From a virus (Duplodnaviria; Caudoviricetes), in the IMG/VR virus record IMGVR_UViG_3300046167_000699, positions 1-63,892 of that record: a stretch of DNA of 63,892 nucleotides. One strand, written 5' to 3'. How positions within the stretch are numbered: the first letter of the stretch is position 1; each line of letters begins with the position of its first letter. Below are positions 29,684 to 39,340 of this stretch, one piece after another. The translations under genes and the position numbers were made by a program. The notes beneath the pieces are model-generated. The model did no database searches. It was not told the DNA's origin and saw nothing but the letters and a program-made list of their open reading frames with translations.

Positions 29684-32600
29684 TTATTCGCTGCTGATAA
29701 ATATTTCAGAGTTCACCGCGAACAGCTCTTTCTTGCTTGAACTTGAAGTGCTAAATACAGCTTCGCCATAGTAGCCTAACAATCCTGATGTATTAACCTG
29801 GCTGTTTTTGGCAAATAACATAAAGTCGGTAGCCACGGGCGGTACACCGGGTATTGTGCTGGTAAGTCTTATAGAGTTATTTACTCTGTCAACAACAAGA
29901 ACCGTGCCTATGACTCTTAATGTATTACCAGGGTCGTTTGAATAAATAACATCACCGGGTTGCAATGAAACATTAATTTCCCCGTTTATGGTTATTGTAG
30001 TACTACCCGCAGAATGTGCCAGCACGTTGCCTATCCCCTGTACACTAAACTCTTTTAAATCTATATTAGCCAGCGTCGTAGCATCGCCCATTATGTAATT
30101 AAAGTATATGCCTTCGCGCTCTTTCCAGGTACTTACCGTTCCACTTTGTTTATTTGTTGCGATAGAAGCAATCCACCCTTCATCCCCTTCGTACGAGAGT
30201 GTCTTAAAGTTTTTAACGCTTGTTGGGGCATCATTGAATAAAGGTGTAACAGTTGTGTCTTTCTGCACTCCATAGAAGTTTGATCTAGTCGCGTTTGAAT
30301 GTTCGTACAGCTCTCCGTTTTTAAACGTGTAATACTCGTTGTTTAATGATATACCAGCTTCAGGATCGTAAGATAACCTAGTGTTCCACCCGTCAGACTT
30401 TTCTTTAAACGACACGCCTTCGCCGCCAACAACAACATTGTAGGAGCCAGCATCGGAATCATACGATCCTATTATATTAGGGTTAACGTTTGTTTTAAGT
30501 GCATCTTGAAAAAAGAACGACATGCCTTTGTCGCTAATGTCCGTGAGACCGTCTCTTGACAGCCTCATTACAGCGCCCCTGGCTTTGTCTGTAAAATACG
30601 ATCTAAAACCAAATGACGCAAAGGACTCTGGATTTTTAGATATTCCGTATTCACCGACGAAAGGTATTGTTTGCCCCAACACATTAGCGCTAGAAGTAAC
30701 GTTAGTACTACCGTCTGCATTAAATAATGCGTCTTTATTGGCTAGTATTTTAAAGCATTTGTCTTCACAAAGAGCTATTAAATCAGTATCTCTAGCATGC
30801 AGCTTCTGTAGCGTACCATAAGAAACATTTAAACTTTTAGTAATGTTTTCAGCGGTTAGGAACTGATTTGTATTGTTTATTCCACTAATAGAATTAAATA
30901 TACCGCTAAAAATCATTTGCGATCCTAAGCGTTCTTGCCTGTAAGGTTCCTCTAATGTAGAGCTAACTCTAACACCTTTGCCTAACACAGGGGCATTAAA
31001 GTCATCACGTATTCTATCTGACTCTACGCCATTTCCAAAGGAATAACAATTAAACCAATTTAAAGTTTGATAATTTCTAGCAAGATTTATGTCAATTGCG
31101 CCAGAAGCTTCATAGTAAAGATCGATGTCTGCTAGTTCCTCAGGCTCAGTTTCAAAAATAGCTGGGTTTTTAGAAGACTGAATAGTTTCAGTTGTCGTTG
31201 TTTGCTCTGTGTATAAAACAATGCCTACGATTTGCGCAGCAGAGGGAGTACCGCCATACTGAGTGTCGTCAAAATTACGATTTAATGTATATTGCTGGTT
31301 TCTTCCTGAACCATTGCTTTGTCCGGTTCTGGGATAGCCACCAAAATTTAACGTGTCGTCTATGCCGATAATAGTGTATTCGCTTTGGCTTTGCGTATTA
31401 TCCGCGTATAAAAATTTAAATTTACTAGGTATTATTAAATTTTGATAATATTGATAAGCCACATCAGGGAAATAAGATCCACTTCCAGTGCCCCCAAATT
31501 GCGCCGGTAAATCATCTGTTCTTGCTATAGCTAAATTAAATAAATCAGACCCAGCGGTAGGCAGCAAAAAATTTGGATTAGCTGGATCAAGAGCATCTTG
31601 CCACGCTACTAAAGTATCCGTGGAAGTAAGAGTAGAACCAAGCGTTGTTGTTATATTTATTGTGCCACTTTCGACTAGGGGCACTGCTAAGTCTGAAAAA
31701 GCTGCTTTAACGCTATTTATAAAAGTTCCGTTAGGATTTATTTTAACAAAAAATCTACCCGTAAATTCAGGAAGCGCTCTGTTTTCGTTTATGTAAACAG
31801 TAGACCTAAATAAAGTATTAAATGTTGACGTTGTTAGCCACACGTCTACCGGGTCCAGATCCTTTACCAATACTATTTCATACACTGAATATGTAATAGG
31901 CGTAGTGCCAGTTGTTGTATAAATTGCGCCAGTAGGCCCACCATAAGCTATTTCATAAGTTAAAGAAGTACCTCCGCCGGTGGAATTTGAAAAAGATATA
32001 TAGTTCCCTTGAATTATGTTTTCATGGAAATTAGCATTAGTGCCGTTTAAATCGGTACCGTCGGTTATTACATCGCTATTTGGCCCGTAAAACCTTATTC
32101 TATTGCTCCCAACAACAAACCCCCTTGGTGTATCAATACTGGAAAAACCTAAAACATCAGCTCTTGCTACCGCTGTTTGAACTTTCGTTAAACTATCTGG
32201 GGCTTCGTTAGATATAGAATTTATTTTATATCTGTTATTTACCTGTACTGGCAAGTCGTTATCATGCTCTTTTTTAAGTATAATAAACTGACCTTCTTTA
32301 ACTTTATTCCTTTCAGAAGAAGGAAAAGAAAGCCAAACATTGCCATCTACAGAATTGTAATAGCGATCAAGCGCTATGTTATAGTATTCTGGAGTATTGT
32401 TTTTTAAATATATTTTAAATGCGCTTGCCCACGAAGGCGTTATACTGGAAGACGCTAGCTTAGCTTGTATTTGATTTTCTTTGTTTGAGTTTTCTTTTTG
32501 TAAAGAAATAGAACCTGATGTTGAGGTAAATACAGGCGACTCTCTGCCAAAATCATCTAGAAAACTAAAGCCTATTTGATATTTTCTATCTGTTTTTACA

Positions 32601-34060
32601 GACGACTTGCCAAATAATGGATCTGTGTGAGCGGTGTTTATTTGATCAACACTAATAGAGATACTGCTGTTAGGTACGTCATAGTTTTGCACGTAATTTC
32701 CGTAAACTATTCTATTGCCTATAAGCTCTTGCGCTTTTGCTTTTTGAGGTACATTATCAAATAACCTAAGAAGTTGTGAGCTTTCAATTATTCTTCCTAA
32801 AGTATCAGAGGTAATGTCTAATGTTAATACAGGCTGAGGGTTTGAAGCAAAATCAAATTCAAAAGATTCTATTAAATATATATTATTAGATCGAGATCCC
32901 TTATATAATACTTCAATTTCCGCAACATTTTTTGGAAACGTGGCACCACCAAGAGAAGGAAAGTTTGTTAAAGATATTTTTCTTATAACATCTTCCATCC
33001 CAATGTTAAACCCATCTCTACTGGCATATTCAAATTTACCTGCAACAAAAGCTGCTTGAGAAAACGGCGCGTAGGTTGAAAATCTACCGTCTGTGTATTT
33101 GTATCTGTATGAAAATCTTGGAAAATCATTTTTAAATATAGGCTCGTCCTCAACAAGCAGCATATTGAAATCTACTACCGTACTCGGTATACTAGGAGTG
33201 ATGCTTTGTATTGTAATAACAGCACTAATTGTGCCTATGCTTGAAAGCAAACCTATTATTTCGTAATTTTCTACTGCACCGTTATTACCTTGAACTTGTT
33301 TTGTAATAGCAACCTTAGGGTTTGTTAATCCTGTCCAAGTAATAGGAGCGGTCCAAGAAATACCTACAGTATCACCTACGGATAAAGTATTCCATGGCAC
33401 TGAGGGCGATGCGTCTAAGATAGGCGTAATACCAGTACCTGGGCCACTGTATATAGATGGCTGAGCAATTGCGGTTAAAGCTGTTAATGGTGTAGCTGTT
33501 ATAACCGTTACATCAGAAGCTATAAAATCTCTAGCAGCGCCATACACATGAGTTTGTGTAACAAAATCAGTAGAACCGGCTTTAAATGTAGCTATGTTTA
33601 TTACCCTAGGCTCATTAAGGTCATCTGTCCAGTAAAGTAGCCCCTCTAATATATTAACACCCGTAATGAGGTTTAACTTATTAAAGTTTAACACGCCATT
33701 TACATCAACTAGTATAGGGGCTACAATGCCTGTGGTTTGATCGTATTCAACAATAGCGTCCGTGCTAGAATCTGCTGAATTTAAAAACCAATATATTTTT
33801 TCGTTCTGTGAGTCTTTAATAACGCCGATACAAACGGGGTTTTGCAACCCAAAGTTTGATTGCCAAAACACATCTGGGCCAGTGCTTCTTAAGTTCTTTA
33901 TAGTGTTACCAAGTATATTTTCTACGGCGCCTACATCAGATCCTTCAGATGTACTTACCTGAATATTCTGGGCATCGCGATATTGTCCGTTAGGTACCAA
34001 CCTTTCATCAAGGTCTTTGTTCATTTTACCCTGGATAAATGTATGCTGTAGCTTAGCCAT
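29684..34060 (-). CDS. Tail stabilisation/nozzle protein (P22 gp10 / crAss muzzle-like)
   Basis: GKMNKDLDERLVP.GQYRDAQN N-terminus; GEYGIS.NPESFA..YFTD..RGAV.RLS.DG. Confidence 0.75.
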   Translation of the reverse strand: MAKLQHTFIQGKMNKDLDERLVPNGQYRDAQNIQVSTSEGSDVGAVENILGNTIKNLRSTGPDVFWQSNFGLQNPVCIGVIKDSQNEKIYWFLNSADSSTDAIVEYDQTTGIVAPILVDVNGVLNFNKLNLITGVNILEGLLYWTDDLNEPRVINIATFKAGSTDFVTQTHVYGAARDFIASDVTVITATPLTALTAIAQPSIYSGPGTGITPILDASPSVPWNTLSVGDTVGISWTAPITWTGLTNPKVAITKQVQGNNGAVENYEIIGLLSSIGTISAVITIQSITPSIPSTVVDFNMLLVEDEPIFKNDFPRFSYRYKYTDGRFSTYAPFSQAAFVAGKFEYASRDGFNIGMEDVIRKISLTNFPSLGGATFPKNVAEIEVLYKGSRSNNIYLIESFEFDFASNPQPVLTLDITSDTLGRIIESSQLLRLFDNVPQKAKAQELIGNRIVYGNYVQNYDVPNSSISISVDQINTAHTDPLFGKSSVKTDRKYQIGFSFLDDFGRESPVFTSTSGSISLQKENSNKENQIQAKLASSSITPSWASAFKIYLKNNTPEYYNIALDRYYNSVDGNVWLSFPSSERNKVKEGQFIILKKEHDNDLPVQVNNRYKINSISNEAPDSLTKVQTAVARADVLGFSSIDTPRGFVVGSNRIRFYGPNSDVITDGTDLNGTNANFHENIIQGNYISFSNSTGGGTSLTYEIAYGGPTGAIYTTTGTTPITYSVYEIVLVKDLDPVDVWLTTSTFNTLFRSTVYINENRALPEFTGRFFVKINPNGTFINSVKAAFSDLAVPLVESGTINITTTLGSTLTSTDTLVAWQDALDPANPNFLLPTAGSDLFNLAIARTDDLPAQFGGTGSGSYFPDVAYQYYQNLIIPSKFKFLYADNTQSQSEYTIIGIDDTLNFGGYPRTGQSNGSGRNQQYTLNRNFDDTQYGGTPSAAQIVGIVLYTEQTTTTETIQSSKNPAIFETEPEELADIDLYYEASGAIDINLARNYQTLNWFNCYSFGNGVESDRIRDDFNAPVLGKGVRVSSTLEEPYRQERLGSQMIFSGIFNSISGINNTNQFLTAENITKSLNVSYGTLQKLHARDTDLIALCEDKCFKILANKDALFNADGSTNVTSSANVLGQTIPFVGEYGISKNPESFASFGFRSYFTDKARGAVMRLSRDGLTDISDKGMSFFFQDALKTNVNPNIIGSYDSDAGSYNVVVGGEGVSFKEKSDGWNTRLSYDPEAGISLNNEYYTFKNGELYEHSNATRSNFYGVQKDTTVTPLFNDAPTSVKNFKTLSYEGDEGWIASIATNKQSGTVSTWKEREGIYFNYIMGDATTLANIDLKEFSVQGIGNVLAHSAGSTTITINGEINVSLQPGDVIYSNDPGNTLRVIGTVLVVDRVNNSIRLTSTIPGVPPVATDFMLFAKNSQVNTSGLLGYYGEAVFSTSSSSKKELFAVNSEIFISSE

Positions 34061-34063
34061 ATA

Positions 34064-34981
34064 TTAGTGTTTAATCCACTTGGATTGGTTTCTCATTACT
34101 TGCGCTAATTCAGATATCTTAAGATTAGACATACGTAATTTAGCGTTACGTTTAGCAGCAACCATTTCTTTTTTAAATCTCGCTACTTGGTACTCAGGCG
34201 TGTTAGCTCTTGTTCCTAAAATTGCATGAGTAATGTACTTATACACCGCTTCTTCAGCAAACTTGTGCACTCGCATTTCTTCTTCTGTGCCAAGGCCGTC
34301 ACTAATGTACTTTAATGTAATTATGCGGTTTACCATATCCGAACTAAAATGCACAATGCCGTGCAGCTGGTCTATGTAAAAAACCCCGTTCATTTGGGCC
34401 GCCTCCGGTTGCAAACCATAGCGTCTCCCGTAGCGGTACATATTAAAAAGCATACCCTCGTTTAACGCATTGTCTTGCGGATTGTTATATGGTGATCCGT
34501 AGTAATCCGAATTAAACTTCTTAAGCGTTTCAGACTCGTGCGCTTTGAGTATATTACCGGCATGGTCAAAAGTGTATTGATAACTGTTATCCTGTGCAAT
34601 AGCAGAAGGATTACTTGAATCACGAATAGGATATATAATTCTTTCAATACCATTAGCGTCTACCCAAGACATACGTACATAATTAACGTAATCCTGTGGT
34701 AATATCATTGACAGCGAAGGCGGTATTTCTATTTCGTATGCCTTTTGCGAAGGTAGTGTGTCAAAGCTAAATTCTTGAATAGCACGCTGTGCGTGAAAAG
34801 CTACGTCTGTTCTTTTGATCTTGCTTATAATTTTATCTTCACCTACATAGGCTATCATAAAATTATTAACCATATCTTTAAGGCTAACAAACTGGTAGTC
34901 ACCGTAATCTTCATCACCACTATTCCAAACGCCGTCGGCGCCAAGGTAGTAAGCTTCGCTAGTTTGATTTAATAATGCCAT
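34064..34981 (-). CDS. Tail ring/tubular protein
   Basis: LPQDYVNYVR motif; position downstream of the capsid genes. Confidence 0.65.
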   Translation of the reverse strand: MALLNQTSEAYYLGADGVWNSGDEDYGDYQFVSLKDMVNNFMIAYVGEDKIISKIKRTDVAFHAQRAIQEFSFDTLPSQKAYEIEIPPSLSMILPQDYVNYVRMSWVDANGIERIIYPIRDSSNPSAIAQDNSYQYTFDHAGNILKAHESETLKKFNSDYYGSPYNNPQDNALNEGMLFNMYRYGRRYGLQPEAAQMNGVFYIDQLHGIVHFSSDMVNRIITLKYISDGLGTEEEMRVHKFAEEAVYKYITHAILGTRANTPEYQVARFKKEMVAAKRNAKLRMSNLKISELAQVMRNQSKWIKH

Positions 34982-34984
34982 GTG

Positions 34985-35671
34985 TTAAGATTTTTCTTGT
35001 TGAGTATTGCGCGCTTCTTCTTGAGCGGCTATTTGGTACACTTGCAATTCGCGTGTTGAAATACCAGCAAGCTCTAGTATTTTCATTACTAATTCTGTTT
35101 CTTCAGAAGCGTGAAGAGGAAAATCCTGAGAGGTGGAAGCATTGTATTGAGCAACGCCGTTAAGTGTATTGTAACCCCACTCTACTGTAGCGGGTCTTTT
35201 AATATAATTACACGTTACACCAGCAGTTAACTCAGCTGTACCATATACTTTGTATCCGTCGTCGCTAGCTACAAAAACAGGTCTTGTATCAGTAGGCTTG
35301 GTTAAAGGCGCTTGATTTATGTATAAAAACTCTTTTTGATTAATTCTTTCGACCTCTGTATTATTATAGATAAGTGTGCCTATCCTGTATAAATCAGAAG
35401 GCACGGTCCAATAATTGTTACTGCGGATCATTGCCGCTGTAGCCTCAAATAAGTTTATTTTTTCGTTGAGAAGGTTGAGCATGTCGGAGAACTCCGTATC
35501 GTTCCCATGCATTCTACCGAACTGGTTAATGTCATAGAAGTATTGCTCGAATAGATCCATCTGTGCTTGATTAGCAAACAGATTAAATTCTTGAGGCGTA
35601 ACATACCCTCGTTGCTCTTTATTGAGTATACTTAATACTCGTTGATAAACAGTGTCTACGCTTACGCTCAT
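34985..35671 (-). CDS. Head-tail adaptor / ring protein
   Basis: LNKEQRGYVTPQEFN.FAN.AQ, YIKRP..VEWGY. Confidence 0.65.
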   Translation of the reverse strand: MSVSVDTVYQRVLSILNKEQRGYVTPQEFNLFANQAQMDLFEQYFYDINQFGRMHGNDTEFSDMLNLLNEKINLFEATAAMIRSNNYWTVPSDLYRIGTLIYNNTEVERINQKEFLYINQAPLTKPTDTRPVFVASDDGYKVYGTAELTAGVTCNYIKRPATVEWGYNTLNGVAQYNASTSQDFPLHASEETELVMKILELAGISTRELQVYQIAAQEEARNTQQEKS

Positions 35672-35687
35672 AATGTTTTATGTTATT

Positions 35688-35722
35688 AAAGTGGAGACCG
35701 CGTTAGCGATCCCCACTATTTG
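35688..35722 (-). terminator. Intrinsic terminator-like hairpin
   Basis: Minus strand AGTGGGGATCGC-taac-GCGGTCTCCACT-TT. Confidence 0.55.
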
Positions 35723-35724
35723 AC

Positions 35725-36588
35725 TTATAGTCGTTTTTCAATTACATTCAGTACTTCCATACCTTCATCTGTTTTGAAGAATGCAGCAAGCGCTGAATAA
35801 GGGTGTTCGTCAAAAGGAACAGTCATGATCTTGCGTTTATTTTCGCCGTACATAAATGTTCTATTGTCACTTGATAATGTTAGCAATCCACGCTCTGTGG
35901 CTTTGATCCCAATATTTCTTAGTTCCACGTTATCGTCATTGGCTAGTTCTAAGAACAAACCAGGTTGTTTACGCGCAAATATAAGTAAATCTCTTTTAAG
36001 TTCCTTAGAAGAGAGCTCAGATACCTTAGATCCGCTCTGGACCCGCATTATAGCTTCAGCTTGATCGACAGCCATGTCTTTAGCAGCATTAAGTGCCTCT
36101 AATTCCATTTCAATCCAATCAACCTCGTCTTCCGCGATTGACTCAGGTTTATACTCTACAATTATACCGGATGTAACAAACGGGTGTACAGATAAAAACT
36201 TTTGCATTGCTACGTTCTCTTTAGGAACTCTTAAAATACCGTTTCTTAAAACAATACGCCCTAGTGTTACTGTTCCTTCTTGCTCATCAACAAATGGAGA
36301 GCGCTGGTTAGTAGCATAGCGTATTTCTCGCTGGTATCCTTTTTCTTTGTCAAAGTGAAGTAACGGGCTTTTTGCAGAGTGCATTGTAGGGACAGTATAA
36401 GCCAACGGTTCTTTGCCGCTAGCTAGCTCGTACAATCGGTCTTTAAAAACCCATTCATCTTTTTTCTTTGTAAATTTTTTTGTTTCAGGTTGAATAGTTG
36501 CAAGAACTTCTGGTTCTGGTTCAACATATGTTTCAACTTTTGCTTTTGGTGCAGCTTTTTTAGCCGCAGGTGTTTTTGCTGTTGCCAT
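35725..36588 (-). CDS. Conserved virion-associated hypothetical protein
   Basis: Long ORF directly downstream of the major capsid gene. Confidence 0.7.
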   Translation of the reverse strand: MATAKTPAAKKAAPKAKVETYVEPEPEVLATIQPETKKFTKKKDEWVFKDRLYELASGKEPLAYTVPTMHSAKSPLLHFDKEKGYQREIRYATNQRSPFVDEQEGTVTLGRIVLRNGILRVPKENVAMQKFLSVHPFVTSGIIVEYKPESIAEDEVDWIEMELEALNAAKDMAVDQAEAIMRVQSGSKVSELSSKELKRDLLIFARKQPGLFLELANDDNVELRNIGIKATERGLLTLSSDNRTFMYGENKRKIMTVPFDEHPYSALAAFFKTDEGMEVLNVIEKRL

Positions 36589-36613
36589 GATATAATATAA
36601 TTAAATAAAGGTA

Positions 36614-36650
36614 ATAATTACCCCCGCCGCAAGGACGAGGGTAATATTAA
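36614..36650 (-). terminator. Hairpin downstream of the major capsid gene
   Basis: ATTACCCTCG..CGGGGGTAAT stem after the capsid stop; overlaps a GTAATTATT motif. Confidence 0.5.
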
Positions 36651-36658
36651 ATTAACGC

Positions 36659-38110
36659 TTATGCGTTAGTTGTTTTCTTCAACAATACGAAGTTGTTGGC
36701 TGCTTGAGTACACATTGTACGCTCTGAAAGGAAGTGAACATTCATTTCATCAGCATCACTAGTGTAATTTCCACCAACTGAGCCAGTAACCCAAGACTTC
36801 ATACGACGATCGTCTGCTTCAGAAGCACGGTAACGAACGTGTAAGAAAGGACGTGAGATGTTCTTGCCTAATTGTTGGTCATAAACAGTAGAAGTACCTG
36901 CAGGGATGATTACCCCTTCAATATCGCCGATAGATCCGCGAGTAGTTGAATCGTTCAAGTATTTCCAGTCAGTCTTGTAAAAGTCATAAGAACCACGACG
37001 GAATCCAGAGAATCCTAAGTTCAATGCCATATCTTCAGAGTTGTCAAATACACCGTAAGATGTACCACCCGCTCCGTAAGAGTTCTGAGCAGCAAGCATA
37101 TTGTCGATAGACAAAGAAGTTGCACGATCCAAGAACATCATGTTCTCTTCAATAGCACCTTGCTTATCAAGCTCAGAAAGAATAGTATCAAACTCAGCTA
37201 GTCCGTTACCACCACCGAAGTCAGCGTTGTTGTAAACTAAGCCGCGCTCTTCTAATACAGAGAACAAACCTTGAGTACCTGCAATTACTTGACCGCCGTT
37301 AGCAGCCGGTGCGTTAAACGTTGATACAGCTTTTTCAGCTTCAACCATAGACATTTCTAGGTAGTCTTCAAAACGTAGACGCGACTCGTGCTCAGACTTC
37401 AAGTACCACATGTAACCAGAAGTTCCAGCTTCAGTAGTTACTTCAACCCAACCGATCTGCGCTGTGTCAGAACCGTTAACGCTGTACTTATCACGTAAGA
37501 TAATAGGCTGGTTAGAAAACTGAGTGAACGAAGCGTCCAATGAGTTGCCAGCTTCTTTAGATCCCTTTCCGTACTCATTACCGTATACAAACAAGCTTAA
37601 GTCTGTAGAATTTACCGCAATACCAGCTGGGGCAAGACCCGCTGCTGTTTCATAAGCTTTAAATGCTACAGTTTGAATAGTAGCTGAAGTAGCAGTAACT
37701 CCTGTAACAAACGCTTTGAAAGTAGTGATAGCTCCACCTGCAAGGCTTTGGCTAACTACTAAAGTCATACCTGGGCCAATCAAAGAAGGCTTGGCAGCTG
37801 TTTGAGTAATCTCTAAAGTACTGGTTGTTTTTAGTCTAACATTATCGTAAGCAATGTGTAGACGACCTTGTTCAGACCATACTACTTGATCAGAGGCCAT
37901 AGGCATTTCTGCCCCCACCATACGTAAGAATCCGCCGATCGTACGATTACCGTAACGCTCTACTTCTTTCTCGTATACCTCAGGAAGAAATTGTTGTGTA
38001 AAATCCATATTCGCTAAAGGAATATAGTTGTCACCGAACAAGCCCTTAACAGGACGTGGTGTTAGGTGCGCTAAATTTGCCAGTGTTGCTGGCGCTGTTG
38101 CAAATGCCAT
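36659..38110 (-). CDS. Major capsid protein
   Basis: Follows portal and scaffold; biased codon use; WSEQGRL, FEDYLEMSM, GTQGLF motifs; downstream hairpin. Confidence 0.8.
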   Translation of the reverse strand: MAFATAPATLANLAHLTPRPVKGLFGDNYIPLANMDFTQQFLPEVYEKEVERYGNRTIGGFLRMVGAEMPMASDQVVWSEQGRLHIAYDNVRLKTTSTLEITQTAAKPSLIGPGMTLVVSQSLAGGAITTFKAFVTGVTATSATIQTVAFKAYETAAGLAPAGIAVNSTDLSLFVYGNEYGKGSKEAGNSLDASFTQFSNQPIILRDKYSVNGSDTAQIGWVEVTTEAGTSGYMWYLKSEHESRLRFEDYLEMSMVEAEKAVSTFNAPAANGGQVIAGTQGLFSVLEERGLVYNNADFGGGNGLAEFDTILSELDKQGAIEENMMFLDRATSLSIDNMLAAQNSYGAGGTSYGVFDNSEDMALNLGFSGFRRGSYDFYKTDWKYLNDSTTRGSIGDIEGVIIPAGTSTVYDQQLGKNISRPFLHVRYRASEADDRRMKSWVTGSVGGNYTSDADEMNVHFLSERTMCTQAANNFVLLKKTTNA

Positions 38111-38134
38111 TTGTGTAAAATTTTAAATGGATTA

Positions 38135-39304
38135 TTATTTTTTAAACTTAACCTTAAGCTTAGAGCTGTTAGTTCCACTGTCAACCGCGCGTATTTTCCA
38201 CCCATTAGCCGCTGTTACTTCTTCGTGAACCCCTCTCGGATTCATATCAACGTTTTTTGTGCGGGCCATACTATCCTTTACTGCATCGGCTTTGCCTTGC
38301 TCGTAAAAGTGTTGTGCGACTTGATCAGCGTTCATTGCGGTGAACAGCGATTTATGGTAGCCTTTGGCATCCGACATTTCACCTTTTTCGTTCAAGAACT
38401 TCTTGATAAAGTTATTAATGTCACCTTGGGTTTCCTTAACCTTGCCAGCGTCGTTAACCTTGAAGCGGTACTTTTTGTCCCCAACGCTGTAATCAAACCC
38501 TTGAAAACTTTCGTTGAATACTTTCGCGCTTTCGCGTTTAAACCTACTGGCTTGTTGTTCTGCAATTTTAGCAGCATCCTCACTCTCTTTTGTATAGCGA
38601 CTAAAAAATTCAACCGCTTTTTGCTGGTCAGGGTTTAACCTAGACCCAGCCTTAATTTCATCGTAATATTTAGACTTTAAACTGTCTAAGTGATCTTTAG
38701 CTTCCGACAATGCGCGCTTGCGTTCTATCTTTTTCAAACGAACCTCACGTTCATCGTCAAGATCTTCGTCGTAAGCAAATTTGTCATTTAATAGAAAATC
38801 TATATCTTCTCTATCGTATGCCTTGTATTTTGTTTCGTAATATTCACGAAGCAATTGATCTTCGTTTAATTGGGAGTAATCTGTATTAAGTCGTACGTAA
38901 TCCTCTAAAGTACCGCCTGTCTCATCCATAAAATCAACAACTTTCTGAATGTTTTCAGGTAAGTTTGCGCCGGCTTTTGTGGACTCCTCAATTGCTGTGG
39001 CTACGTCTTCTTCAAGTTGTTCCGCTGCCTCTTCGACTTCTTCGTCTGTAATCTCCTGCAGTGCGGACTCTTGTTCTACTACTTCTTCTCGAACAGGCTG
39101 TTCATCTTGAACGCGCTCTTCTTCTCTGGCAGGTTCTTCAACTGCTGTTTCGATGTTTTGTTCTGGTACTTCTTCGCTAACTGCGGGTTCGTCGCGTACA
39201 GGAACCTCATCTGTGCTTTGCTCTTGAACGGCATTAGCTTGCATGTTTACTTTGATAGTGCCGTCTTCGCCGACACCCACTACCGGGTTAGTTTCTTCAC
39301 TCAT
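38135..39304 (-). CDS. Capsid scaffolding protein
   Basis: Highly acidic N-terminus and coiled coil; between portal and capsid genes. Confidence 0.75.
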   Translation of the reverse strand: MSEETNPVVGVGEDGTIKVNMQANAVQEQSTDEVPVRDEPAVSEEVPEQNIETAVEEPAREEERVQDEQPVREEVVEQESALQEITDEEVEEAAEQLEEDVATAIEESTKAGANLPENIQKVVDFMDETGGTLEDYVRLNTDYSQLNEDQLLREYYETKYKAYDREDIDFLLNDKFAYDEDLDDEREVRLKKIERKRALSEAKDHLDSLKSKYYDEIKAGSRLNPDQQKAVEFFSRYTKESEDAAKIAEQQASRFKRESAKVFNESFQGFDYSVGDKKYRFKVNDAGKVKETQGDINNFIKKFLNEKGEMSDAKGYHKSLFTAMNADQVAQHFYEQGKADAVKDSMARTKNVDMNPRGVHEEVTAANGWKIRAVDSGTNSSKLKVKFKK

Positions 39305-39323
39305 GATAAGATATTATAAAATT

Positions 39324-39340
39324 GTTATTACTATAATTAC
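39324..39340 (-). promoter_or_regulatory. GTAATTATA-type putative late promoter
   Basis: Minus strand GTAATTATAGTAATAAC upstream of the scaffold/capsid genes. Confidence 0.55.
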